Assembly (NCBI GenBank): GCA_965240325.2 | Contig: OZ251241.1 | Location: 930,001 to 994,000 of the forward strand | Reading direction: 5' to 3' | DNA length: 64,000 nt | Origin: Rebecca billardiae RCC1528 | Lineage: Eukaryota; Protista; Haptophyta | Shown: piece by piece, positions 12,806 to 23,265 of the stretch | Position numbering within the stretch: the stretch's first letter is position 1 | Layout: every line of letters starts with the position of its first letter | Notes under the pieces: generated by a model | Seen by the model: the letters and a program-made list of their open reading frames with translations, nothing else | What the model was told of the DNA's origin: nothing | Database searches by the model: none | Position numbers and translations under genes: made by a program

Positions 12806-13726
12806 ATGCTGCGCTTGATGGCCCTCCCCGTGCGGCGGGCTACCGCGCCCGTCCTTCCCGCCTTGGGCATTCTCCAAGTGCACCAGCTGCGCGCGTGGAC
12901 GACGAGCACGCGCACGGGCCCATTGCGCGCGCCCTCGCCCGAGCTCGGCGGCTTGGCGACGAGCGCGGAGAGCGGCGCCTCGCCAGTGCAGGGCGTGCAG
13001 GAGCTGTGCGTCAACGGTCTGCGCCTCGAGTTTGGCGTCGAGGCTGGCGCACCGCCCGTTGGCCAGTACGCGGGCATCATATGCCGTGCGCTACCCGACC
13101 TCTCCGGCCACGCGGTGCTGGACGTCGGCTGCGGCTGCGGCGTGGTCGGGATGTTTGCGCTGCTGCGTGGCGCAACGCGTGCCACGTTCGTCGATGTCGT
13201 GCCGTCCGCCGCCGCAGCGACGCGTGCCAACCTGCGGCGCAACGGCCTCGACGAGGCGCGTACCCAGTGCTTCACGTGCTCCTTCGACGCGCTGCCGCCG
13301 CCGCCCTCGCCGTATGACCTTGCCATCTTCAACCCGCCGCAGATGCCGGAGGCGCTTCTGCCTCCGGGCTTCGTGTTCCCGGGCGACGAGGCCGCCTTCC
13401 GGCTCGGCGGGCCCGACGGACTCCGCGTTGTGCACGCCTTCATGCGCTGGCTTGCTGAGAGCAGGTGCAGCGCATCCGCGCTCATGACGATCGCGTCGAT
13501 CACGGCAAACTCCAGCCTCGCCGCGTACGCGGCCGAGCTCGGCATGGCGTACACGGTCGTCCACCGGACCCCGACGCCGGTGCGCGCCCCTATCGCCGAG
13601 CGCGTGCGCGCGCTGCCAGCGGAGACGTTGGACGCGATGGAGGTGGTGGAAGTCGATGGTGAGCTGCGCGAGCACGTGCTCGTCGTCCGACTCGACCTGC
13701 ACCCGGCGCCGGCCTCGTCAGCATAG
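12806..13726 (+). CDS. Class I SAM-dependent methyltransferase, HemK/PrmC-like (NPPQ variant)
   Basis: Motif I VLDVGCGCG, motif IV YDLAIFNPPQMP and the HemK-type GGPDGL. The N-terminus is Arg/Ser/Thr-rich and transit-like. Intronless. Confidence 0.8.
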   Translation: MLRLMALPVRRATAPVLPALGILQVHQLRAWTTSTRTGPLRAPSPELGGLATSAESGASPVQGVQELCVNGLRLEFGVEAGAPPVGQYAGIICRALPDLSGHAVLDVGCGCGVVGMFALLRGATRATFVDVVPSAAAATRANLRRNGLDEARTQCFTCSFDALPPPPSPYDLAIFNPPQMPEALLPPGFVFPGDEAAFRLGGPDGLRVVHAFMRWLAESRCSASALMTIASITANSSLAAYAAELGMAYTVVHRTPTPVRAPIAERVRALPAETLDAMEVVEVDGELREHVLVVRLDLHPAPASSA

Positions 13727-13934
13727 TCGTCGTCACTCATCACGACCTCGCGTCGTCATGCATGCTGACAAGTGAGTCGAGTGACTACGTGGCGGCTGAC
13801 GATATCACCCGAAGGCGAATCGCGAATAATGATTCGTCATTCAGCCAGCTGCCAGCGCTCAGCCGCTCATGCACCCTCAGCCGCTCACGACTCGGCCCCG
13901 AATCGGGTCGCAGTGCCCGCCTGGCAGTGGCGCG

Positions 13935-14469
13935 CAAGGCTGGGCGTGTGTGACGCGTCATGACGTGACGTAACGTCATGACGTCATGACGTGACGCGAG
14001 GAATGGCGTAACGTGACGCCCGGACAGCGCTCTGCCCACGCCTGGCACACCCGGACCGTCACAGTAGTGCCACAGGCGGCTACGCGCGCGCGCGCGCGCG
14101 CGCGCGCGCGCGCGCCACGGGCGGCGCGCCGCGCAGTGCTTGGACGGGCAGCGGTGCAGCGCCCACGCCCACGGCGATAGCTCGTGGATCCTCCAGCTCC
14201 ACGGCCACATGGGTGCGGGAGCGGGGGCCCTCGCCTTTGGGCGACGAGCCCACTGCTGTGCCGCACTGACTAACTAGATACGGGAAGGGAACCCCCGGAA
14301 ACTACGTCAACTCGTTTTAATATCATCAATTACAAGTATACATACGTAACGGACGAAACGGTACCCGCCAAAAGACGTGTTGCTATGACGCGTAAATTAC
14401 GCGTAATACGCGTTACGTCATGACGTGACGCTGGAAATGGGCGTCATGACGCGTCATAGCCCACCCCTG
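13935..14469. mobile_element. Non-autonomous hAT-type MITE (535 bp)
   Basis: Perfect 8-bp TSD GTGGCGCG at 13927-13934 and 14470-14477. TIRs are CAAGGCTGGGC and (reverse complement) CAGGGGTGGGC. Subterminal TGACG/CGTCATGACG arrays sit at both ends. Confidence 0.85.
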
Positions 14470-15406
14470 GTGGCGCGCCGCACTGGCGTAATTATTAGTA
14501 TTCAGTTGTTAGTTATACTGGTAACTGCTAGTCATATTCGAGTGAGTCAGTGAAATTAAAATATGAGTCCGGTACCCGAGTGACTGTCGTAGCTATGGAT
14601 GTACATACGACGATGACGACGTTTATTATTGTCGTCTAGCTGCTAGACTGCTAGTCGTCGTCGCCGTCTGATCGGGCCGCCAGATACTACAGCGCCGTGT
14701 ACTGTCGTATACCTGAATACAAATATTATCGTCGCGCAGCTAGCAAAATATTGCTGCGCGCCGCCGGGTTTCTAAGCTACTGCTGCGCGCTGTAGTGTCC
14801 GCTTTTTGATTTGCGGAGCATGTCTGCGCCGGCCGGCCCAGGCTGCTGGCTTTTACGCTGGCGCTCCGAGCATCATCAACGCTAGCTTACTGATGCTCAG
14901 CCTTTTGCGTTTCAATGGGGTAGTAAGACTATAGTTTTGGGGGGCGGACCGTGGCGCCACTCGATATTGGCTTCAGTATGGCATACCCCCGCCCCCTCTA
15001 ACAGGAGGCTGGCTGTCCAAAGTGGAGTGGTACGTCAAGGCACTAGGTGTCTCGGTCGGTGGTTTGAGGTTGGGTGGGGTGCGGTGGTTGCGGGTTGGGG
15101 GCTGGCCAGGGTAGGGCTGGAGGCTTCGGCCGCCAGTCTGATCACCCGTAGAGCCCGTTATAATTATAAAGGGGAATTCTTTATTAGTAGTACGCTGATG
15201 TATTGCCCTTATTAAAATAATGCACTGGCCTTATACATTTAATGAATAATATGCGACTCTCTAGCATCTGTAGTTAGTCACTGAGTGTAATTACATAATA
15301 CTCATTAACTGATCTAATCAATAAATCATCGACGTAATCGGACATCGGTCCCGCCTCCCGGACTCCGGAACGTGCCGCGCGCACCATGCCCACTGTCAAC
15401 TGACAC

Positions 15407-16484
15407 TCACGGCGCGGCAGCGCCCCAACGACGATGATGCGCCAGCTGGCGCTGGTCGTGGCGCAGAGGTGGCACAGGGCCTCCGTGCCGCGGCCCCGGG
15501 CTAACGAGCACATCAGGTCGCGTTGCAATAAATGATTGGCGCTGCGCTGCCGCGTGCCGGGCACGGCGCGTGCTGCCCTTCGCTCTGCCGCGGCCAGGCT
15601 CAGCCTGCGCGCCTGCCCATCCCGCCGGCCGCGGCATGCCCGCGCGCCAGTGCCGTGTGTCCAGCGCGGCGAGCGCCGCGTCGTGCCGCTTGCTCAGCTT
15701 GGCGCGCTCGGCTGCCTGCGCGCGCTCGGCCTCCGACCGAGCCGCGGCGCCGCGCGTCCGCAAGCTGCTCAGCTGCACGCGCTGGCGCGCGAGCAGCTGG
15801 GTCTCGGCGTGGTGCTGCGCGTGCGAGTGCTGCTCGAGCCTGCAAGCCGCCCGGCCGGCCGCGCGCGCGGACGCCGGCGGCATCGCGCGCGAGAGTGAAT
15901 CAGGCGCGCGCGCGGCGCGACGGCGCGAGCGCGCGGCCTTAGCGCGCGCGCGCGCACCACCGCTCGCGCTCCTGCGCCTCGAGATCGTCCGCGTGCGCCT
16001 TGGTGCGCGTCGCGCGCTCGTACTCCTGCGCCTGCACTAGCGCGGCCTCGCGCGTGCGCAGCTTGAGCAGCTCGGCGGACGCCTTGAAGCGAGCACTCGT
16101 GCGGCCCGTCGTCCGCTCGAGCTCCCGCGCCGCCTCGGGCAGGTTAAAGCGCGCGCGCAGCACGTTGATCTCCTGCACGTGGCGGCGGACCAGCTCGTCC
16201 TCGTCGGCCTGCGCCTGCGCGTCGTGCTGCGCCAGCCACTCCTCCCACCGCGCGTTGAGCTGCTCGAGCTCGGCGACGTGCTGCGCGTCGACGCTCACGC
16301 GCTCACGGAGCGCCTCGGCGCGTGCCACGTCCTCGAGGCGGCGCAGCTCGAGGGCCTCGAGCTCCTCGAGGCGTCGCTTGCACTCGAGCGCCTGCATGTA
16401 GTCGCCCGCGCGCTCCGCGCTCCGGCGTGCCTCCTCGAGCATGGCCGCGACGACCCCCACGTCGTCTTCGACGGCACTCGCCAT
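15407..16484 (-). CDS. Uncharacterised coiled-coil protein
   Basis: Exon 1 runs MASAVEDD...GDYMQALECKRRLEEL...KASAELLKLRTREAALVQAQEYERA. An intron at about 15957-15840 restores the frame into LEQHSHAQHH. The 3' end is uncertain. Confidence 0.6.
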
Positions 16485-16556
16485 GCTGCCGCGGCCGGCC
16501 GGGTTCCTCAGGACCTCCACCGCGTTCGAAATCGAAATCTGCCGCCGGCAGGCGGC

Positions 16557-19500
16557 ATGGGATGCGCATGGCTGCGCTCGATCCGCGGCCGCGCGGCCTG
16601 CACGCTCGCCGCGTGCGCCGCGCTGGCGCTACTGTCCATGCGCCGCGCCCGCGTCCTGGATGCCGAGCCGCCGCGCAGTGTGGTCTCTCAGCGGGCCCTG
16701 AGATCGCCGCGGATGGCGCCCGCAGCAACCACCTGCTGGCCTTGCTGCCAGGAGTGGCTTCGCGGCAGCGGCAGGAGGAGCGCGCCACCCGTGCCGCGGC
16801 TTCGGCCGGCGCTCGTGGTCGCGCTGCCCGGTATGGGCGCGGAACACTTACTACGGCGCATCGAGCGGGCCAATGGCCTGCCTGTGTGCATCTCGCGCGG
16901 CCATGGCGGCACGGACGCGAGTGCCGCCGGCACGATTGCTTCACTGGTGACGCCGGCCGAGGGTGCGGCTATGCTCGACGCCACGAGTGGCGCATCGACG
17001 GAGTCGTCGGCGTGCGCGCGCGAGGCGGATCCTTCGCGCATCGTCCTCGTGCTCGCGAACCCGTGGACCTCGCTCTGGCGCGGCGTCAGCCAGCGGCTCG
17101 CCGCGGACGAGACACGCCTGCATCGTCCGACCGAGCCCGCAGCGGGCCGCGCGCCCAGCGCGCGCGCGCCGAGCGCCGCGGCCAACGACGCGGCGCGCGT
17201 CGCGCGCGGATTGGCGGGCGAGTATGCGCACGGCTTTGCACGGTACGCCGCGCTGACGCGCGCCGTCGCGGCCGCCGGCGTCGGCGGCAAGGGCGGCAGC
17301 GCTCCGGCACGGCAGCTGCACGCCGTGAGGATGGAGGTGGCCTGCGGCCGCGCCGCGGGGAGCGGCGGCCCGCACGGCGGCGGTGGCGTTGGGCGCTCGC
17401 CGTCGGCGCAGCCTGCGAACGAGACGCCAGCGGCCACGCCGGCGGGTGCCGCGCCGCCGCAGCCGCTCGGAACGGACCTCGCCTCCGTGCGGGCGCGCGA
17501 GGCAGCCGCGGAGGCGGCAGACTCCCTGGGTGGCCTTCTCGCCTTTCTGGCCGTGCCGCAGGACCGGCTTGCGGACGCGTGCTCGGGGCTGCCCGCGCGG
17601 GAGGTTGGGCCGGCCGGGTGGAGCACGCCGCTCACGGCGGCAGGCAGGGCCAGGGCGCGCGCAGGAGCCGAGGCAGCCGCCAAGGCAGCGCGTGGCGTTG
17701 GCAGCGGCGGCCGTCTCACACGACGGGACAACGACACGCACGCGACGATAGCCGCTGGCGCTGAGGCGGGGTCGGCGCCGCCTCGGTGCGAGCAGAGCGC
17801 GGAGGCTCGCGCGCCACGAGGCCAGGAGGACGAGCTCGAGAGCCTCGCGGCATGCACGCCGCCGAACCGCACCGCGGAGGCCGAGGGCGGAGCTAGCGCC
17901 GAGGCAGCTGCTGTCCGCAACGGCTGGGCGGTGACGCCCGTGCACGCGCGCTGCGCAGCCTGGGCGCTCGTGCGTGCGCAGGCGGCGGCGTGGGGCTACG
18001 CACCGCCGGCAGCGCTCGATCCATCGAGCGCGTGCGCGCACGCGGCCGCGATGGGCGGCGCGGCCACACGGCCGCCGAGCGTGAGCCGTGACGAGCTCGC
18101 CGCAGCCGTGGCCGCACAACGGCCGCCGCCTGCAGACGCGCTCGCGCTCGCGAGAGCGGCGCTGCGCAGACGGGAGGAATGGCTGCTGGCGCGCAGCCTC
18201 GGGGGCGGCGCGGGCGGTGACGGCCCCCCGCACACGCGCGGCCCGAGCGCGGAGACACGCGCGGGTGCAGGCGCGTTGCCCAGTGCCGAGCCGCGCGCCG
18301 CCGACGGCGACCGACGCACCGCCGAGCCGGCGGACGCTGCCCTTGGCCCTGAGTCAAGAGCCGTCCGCGACGGCACTGAGAGCTTGGCGTCGATGCTCGA
18401 GGCTGCGCGCTCGTACGCGGCGGGCGGCGTGCTGCATCTGCTCTTCGTCGCCGGGCCCTCAGCCACCGAGGGCCCAGCGCCCGCCGGATCGGCGGCGCCG
18501 GACGCGCCGCAGCCGGACTCGGCGCGCGGGCCGGCGGGCGCGCGCGCCGCCGACACGCTTGTGCGCAGCGCGGAGGCCTGGGTGAGCGCCCTGCGTGCTC
18601 GTGGCGAGACGGCGGCGGCGGTGGGCGCGCTCGCGTCGGAGACGCTGGGTCGGCTGCGCGCTGCCGGGGTGCCGAGCTTCCTCGTGCCAGCCCTCGGCGG
18701 CGCGTCCTCCACGACGCCCGGCGCCGGTGCGGCCGGCGTTGCGGCGGCGGAGGCGGCGCGTGTGCTCACGGCAGTCGGTTGGCTCCTGCGCGCGGGCGGC
18801 TTCGAGCTGCTCGTGGCAGGCGGAGAGGGCGCGTGCGCTGAGCTGGCGGCGCACTCGCAGCGCGCCGCCGGGGCCGCGGGCCCCGACGAGGGCTGGGCAC
18901 TGCCTCTGAGCTGGCACGCGCTCGTGGACGCAGCCGCGAGAGGGCCGAGGTCGGCGGGCGGCACGGGCGGCGCGCGCCACGGCGATCTGAGCAGCGCCGC
19001 GTCGCAGGGCGCCGGCGGGAGCGCTGAGGAGGCGGAGGTCGAGCTGCTCGAGCCGGCGTGCGGCGCGGAGCGCGGCTCGGCCGCTGCGCCCGACGGCGAG
19101 TGCTCTGCGAAGCGGCTGTGGCTGCGCGCGCGGCCCACGCCCAGCGCGATCGCGACAATGCTCGCGGCCGCTGAGGCACTGGAGCGCTTACCCTTCGCAC
19201 CGCCCGCCGGGCAATCTGCACAGCCAAACGCTCCCGTCGCGGAGGAGGCATCTGGCAGCCCCGCGCGGTCGTCCGCGCACTGCCCGGTCGTCTCGGCCGC
19301 GGCCGCGCTCGTGGCCGCTGCGAGCGCTGCGCAGTGTGGCGACACGGGCCCGGAGTTCCGCAGCGCGGGCGCAATCTGCAACGTGTACGCCGCACTGCGC
19401 CGCGCGGCAGCTGCGAGGCCGCCGCCGCAGCCGTCCTCAGAGCCGCGCGCGTCGGCGCTCCCGGCCGCAGCAGTGTGCGCGTCCACCGCGCTGCACGCGC

Positions 19501-21200
19501 GTGCGGCCTGCGTGCACGCTGGGTCTGCTCGTCCAGGGCTCCAGGCGTTTCCACTGCCGGGGTTGGAGGGCGCGGTGCGCAGTCGTGCCAGCGGCGGCCG
19601 CGGCGGTGAGGCGGACGCGCGTGCCGCCCTCCGGCGCGCGTCGGGCGGCGCGCTCGCGCCACCGCCGAGCCCGCGCGCGCCGCGTGCCGCCGCGCCGCCG
19701 GCGCTCACCGTTGCGGTCACGACTCGCGTCGACAACCACTCTGGCGACGCGACGCAGCGTCAGCAGGCGCAGCTCGACTCGTTGGGCTCGGGCGCGGCGC
19801 GGCTCGGCATGCGGATCGAGCTGCTCATCGTCGAGTGGAATCGGCTGCCAGGCGCTCCGCCAGTCGCATCCGTGCTCCGCGCCTCGCGCTGGCGGCCATG
19901 GCTCCGCGTGCGCGTGCTCGTCGTGCCGCCGGCAGCGCACGCGGCCGCGGCGGGGGACGCGAGCGTCGCCGCGCGGCAGCCGGTGCTCCAGTACATTGCG
20001 AAGAACGTGGCCATCCGGCGCGCGGCGGCGCCGTGGGTGCTCGCGACCAACTCGGACCTCGTCTTCAGCCGCGCCTTCTTCGACTGGCTCGCGCGCGCCG
20101 CGCCGCTCGACGCACGCGGCGTCTTCTGGCGAGCGGACCGAGTCAGCCTCGGCCCCACGGCGGAAGGGATGCGGTGGGACTCGGCCGGGGCCGAGGCCGA
20201 GCGCGGCGGCGCGCGCAGCCCCACGCGCCACGGCGAGCGGAGCGCCGGCGAGCGCGCTGGTGCCGCCGGCGGCAAAGGCGCGCCAGCCAGTCAACTCGTG
20301 CGCACAGGGCCCGATCGCCGCGGCGCGAGTGCCGACGACCCAGACGCGCCAGCCCTCGCGCCGCCGGCGCGCGCCTCGACAGCGGATGGCGGCTCGACGC
20401 CGGCGTGCGACACCGTCGCCGCCTCGGCCGTTCTCTCCACCGCACTCGAGTGCGACGGCTGGCTCGCCGCACACGTGGCGTCGGTTTACTCGGCAGTGGG
20501 TGTGCTGCGGCTGCGGCCAGACGCGCCGCCCGAGCATGGCGCCGCCGCGCTCCGGCCGGAGCCGCCGCAGCAGCTCGATCCGGTGCGGCCGAGCGCGCGC
20601 GCGTACGTCTCACTGGCGCGCGCCGGCCGGTGGCGCGCAGCGTTCGCGGATGCGTGCTGCGCGGCGCGCGCGTGCGCGCTGGCGTTCAAGAGCTGCCGCG
20701 CGCGCGCGGCGTCCGCCGCGCGGCACGCCGCTGCGCACGCCGCACGGCTCGGCTCGGAGCGCGAGCTCCTGCTCAGCCCGGCCGCGCTGCACATGTGCGC
20801 GCCTGGCGATTTCCTGCTCATGCCCGCCGCCGCGTGGCGTGCGGTCGGCGCGTACGCGGAGCTGCCGTTTCAGAACGAACTTGACAAGCTGCCGCTCGTG
20901 CAGGCGCACGTGCTGGGCTGGCGGCAGCGGCTGGTCCCCGAGGCGGCCATGGTGCTCCACCAGTACCACCCGGACTCGATGGACGGCGGGCGGCTCTCGA
21001 GTGGGGACGTCCGAGAGCGGCCGTACCTCCGCCCGGCTGAGTTTGACGACGTCGCGCGACGCATGCTCGCGCGCGGCACGCCGTGGCCGTGCGACGACGG
21101 CGGCACATACGGCGGGCGGCTGCGCCTTTGCCGCACCAATCGCACGCTGCGCTGGGGGCTGGCCGGAGAGCACTTGGAGACGCAAGTGCCGAGCAAATAG
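16557..21200 (+). CDS. Large type II membrane protein with a C-terminal GT-A (GT2-like) glycosyltransferase domain
   Basis: Single ORF of about 1547 aa with an N-terminal hydrophobic anchor. C-terminal motifs: RVDNHSG, LLIVEWN, AKNVAIRRA...LATNSDLVFS, LHMCAPGDFLLM...W..VGAYAE and VLHQYH. Confidence 0.7.
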   Translation: MGCAWLRSIRGRAACTLAACAALALLSMRRARVLDAEPPRSVVSQRALRSPRMAPAATTCWPCCQEWLRGSGRRSAPPVPRLRPALVVALPGMGAEHLLRRIERANGLPVCISRGHGGTDASAAGTIASLVTPAEGAAMLDATSGASTESSACAREADPSRIVLVLANPWTSLWRGVSQRLAADETRLHRPTEPAAGRAPSARAPSAAANDAARVARGLAGEYAHGFARYAALTRAVAAAGVGGKGGSAPARQLHAVRMEVACGRAAGSGGPHGGGGVGRSPSAQPANETPAATPAGAAPPQPLGTDLASVRAREAAAEAADSLGGLLAFLAVPQDRLADACSGLPAREVGPAGWSTPLTAAGRARARAGAEAAAKAARGVGSGGRLTRRDNDTHATIAAGAEAGSAPPRCEQSAEARAPRGQEDELESLAACTPPNRTAEAEGGASAEAAAVRNGWAVTPVHARCAAWALVRAQAAAWGYAPPAALDPSSACAHAAAMGGAATRPPSVSRDELAAAVAAQRPPPADALALARAALRRREEWLLARSLGGGAGGDGPPHTRGPSAETRAGAGALPSAEPRAADGDRRTAEPADAALGPESRAVRDGTESLASMLEAARSYAAGGVLHLLFVAGPSATEGPAPAGSAAPDAPQPDSARGPAGARAADTLVRSAEAWVSALRARGETAAAVGALASETLGRLRAAGVPSFLVPALGGASSTTPGAGAAGVAAAEAARVLTAVGWLLRAGGFELLVAGGEGACAELAAHSQRAAGAAGPDEGWALPLSWHALVDAAARGPRSAGGTGGARHGDLSSAASQGAGGSAEEAEVELLEPACGAERGSAAAPDGECSAKRLWLRARPTPSAIATMLAAAEALERLPFAPPAGQSAQPNAPVAEEASGSPARSSAHCPVVSAAAALVAAASAAQCGDTGPEFRSAGAICNVYAALRRAAAARPPPQPSSEPRASALPAAAVCASTALHARAACVHAGSARPGLQAFPLPGLEGAVRSRASGGRGGEADARAALRRASGGALAPPPSPRAPRAAAPPALTVAVTTRVDNHSGDATQRQQAQLDSLGSGAARLGMRIELLIVEWNRLPGAPPVASVLRASRWRPWLRVRVLVVPPAAHAAAAGDASVAARQPVLQYIAKNVAIRRAAAPWVLATNSDLVFSRAFFDWLARAAPLDARGVFWRADRVSLGPTAEGMRWDSAGAEAERGGARSPTRHGERSAGERAGAAGGKGAPASQLVRTGPDRRGASADDPDAPALAPPARASTADGGSTPACDTVAASAVLSTALECDGWLAAHVASVYSAVGVLRLRPDAPPEHGAAALRPEPPQQLDPVRPSARAYVSLARAGRWRAAFADACCAARACALAFKSCRARAASAARHAAAHAARLGSERELLLSPAALHMCAPGDFLLMPAAAWRAVGAYAELPFQNELDKLPLVQAHVLGWRQRLVPEAAMVLHQYHPDSMDGGRLSSGDVRERPYLRPAEFDDVARRMLARGTPWPCDDGGTYGGRLRLCRTNRTLRWGLAGEHLETQVPSK

Positions 21201-21389
21201 TACAAAGCACGGCCGAGCGAGGGTAGCAGGCTTCGTACTAGCTGCTGATGATCGGCTAGCTGCGGCTCCGCGACGCGATGCGCCGCATGGCGCGCCCGCG
21301 CCGGACCCGGTCGTCAGCCTCGTCAGGCGTCTCTTAGCAATAGGCGATGACGGCGGCGCGCATATGCGCAGCACTGCTATACTAATACT

Positions 21390-21481
21390 AATATATATAT
21401 ATACTAATACTATATACATATATACATATATATGTATGTATGTATGTATGTATATATATGTGTGTGTGTGTAGTGTGTGTC

Positions 21482-21521
<40 letters not shown>

Positions 21522-21532
21522 CTCATCATCAT

Positions 21533-21570
<38 letters not shown>
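21390..21570. repeat. Compound microsatellite (TA)n/(TATG)n/(TG)n/(TCA)n
   Basis: Seen directly. Confidence 0.9.
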
Positions 21571-21573
<3 letters not shown>

Positions 21574-22028
21574 TTATATCAGATACTCATTCAGACCGGG
21601 CACCGGCGGCGGCGGACGACTCTGGCTCTGCTGTTAAATCATCAGTGTCACTGCATGTCAAGTGAGTAGCTACTGACGAAGTCTGATGTGAATGTGATGA
21701 TATACTGGCGTATACTGACGATGCGTCGACTGCGCGCGGCGCATCAATATTACGGCACGTACCGCCACTGTGGGCTACCAGGCATTCCAGGCATTTATAA
21801 TTCTGACGATGATAATAATAATTAAATTGACTGATGCTACACTATTATAAGAATCCGATTCATTATTAATCCAATAAGTGGATTCCGAGACCGAGCGAGT
21901 AGTAGCTATATACGACGCGATCGTACGTGATGCATTGCCGCGCCTGACGATGAGTGGTCGATCATCATCACGTCGTGACGATGCGCGGCAGATGCGCAGG
22001 GCACTGTTATTATAGTAGTATATATATG

Positions 22029-22741
22029 TGTGGCGTTATTGGCACAATAACTGAGTGTCTAAGAGCGACACCAAGATCCGGCTCGCTTGGCATCATCAAC
22101 CAGCTGTCCGGCCGGGGCGCCCGCCGCCCAGCGCGCGCAGTCTGAGTCCTGGTCGGACCCCTTTTCGGCAGCCAATCCGGTCGGCACCGGTCACCGCCTG
22201 CAGGACTTGCTCGGCGATTCCTGTTCCATCCGAGGCGACTCTTCTGGCCTCGGCACGGCTCGGCCCAAGGTACGGGGGCGCCATGACACAAGGCGCCGAG
22301 CCGAGCAGGGGGCCCACGACACCGCACGCTGCACTCTCCTCCGACCACTCTTGTGAGCTCGGCACACAGGAGGTGTATACGCTGCTTTGGTAGTCCCCTC
22401 TGCTCGGTGAGGTTGCTGCTGTCAGCGCCTCCGCCCTGCAGCGCCGCACCGCAGCCGCGTCGTCGCTCGTCCGGCATCACATTCTCGTCCAGCAGCTCAC
22501 GTGCTGCCGGCGTCAGCTCCGCGGCGGCGGTTCACTGTTTGCCCACCCTCCCACCCTCTGTCTGGCGGGATAACGGTGCTGTGCAACCCGCGCTGTCTGG
22601 TCAGCCAGATCGGCCGTCGACCTCCGTGACTGACGGACCTCACGGGCGCCCTCTCGACCACGGGCAGCTGCGCCTCCGCACTGCCCAGTGCCCGCGCCCG
22701 TCGTTCGTTGGTAAAATCCCGACCTATCGTCCTATGTAACA
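22029..22741 (+). mobile_element. TGT-terminated element fragment related to the 9389-10080 terminus
   Basis: Begins TGTGGCGTTATTGGCACAATAACTGAGTGT just after a TA run. A possible end is TGTAACA at 22741, but the right boundary is uncertain. Confidence 0.45.
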
Positions 22742-23265
22742 TGATCGTGTCCCAATCATGATCATCGTGGACTGTCCCAAGACGCAGTTCACGCCACGAC
22801 CATCCAGCTCTCGGTCGTGCTCGACGCTTCGAGCGAGCAGGGCATGGCGGAGTGGTTAGACATATATGTATACTGGGGGCGGGGCAGCCAACTGGTCCCA
22901 GTTGCAGACCGTGTCGAATTACTGCGTCAGCTATTTATCACTTTGAAGCTAGATATACCGCAAAGTCGTCGACTCGTCGTCACCGAACGGCAAGCTATGA
23001 CAGTCGTCGCTGCGACGGCTCTGCTCGGCCGTGAGTCATGCATCGCTCGATCCGCTGGGCACTGTGCCGAGTGCGGAGTCGGGAGTGGCCCAGCTGCCGC
23101 GCTCGCAGCGGCACTCGGGTGATGTACCTCTTCAGAGTGTCAGTAGCTTAAGACTATACGACGACGCTATTCGTCGACCTCGGCGCCGGGCATCCACAGC
23201 GTCGTCGACGTATTCATGCCGCTGCTGGGCTGACAGCTCCGTGTCTAATTCTCTTCAAAGCGCGC

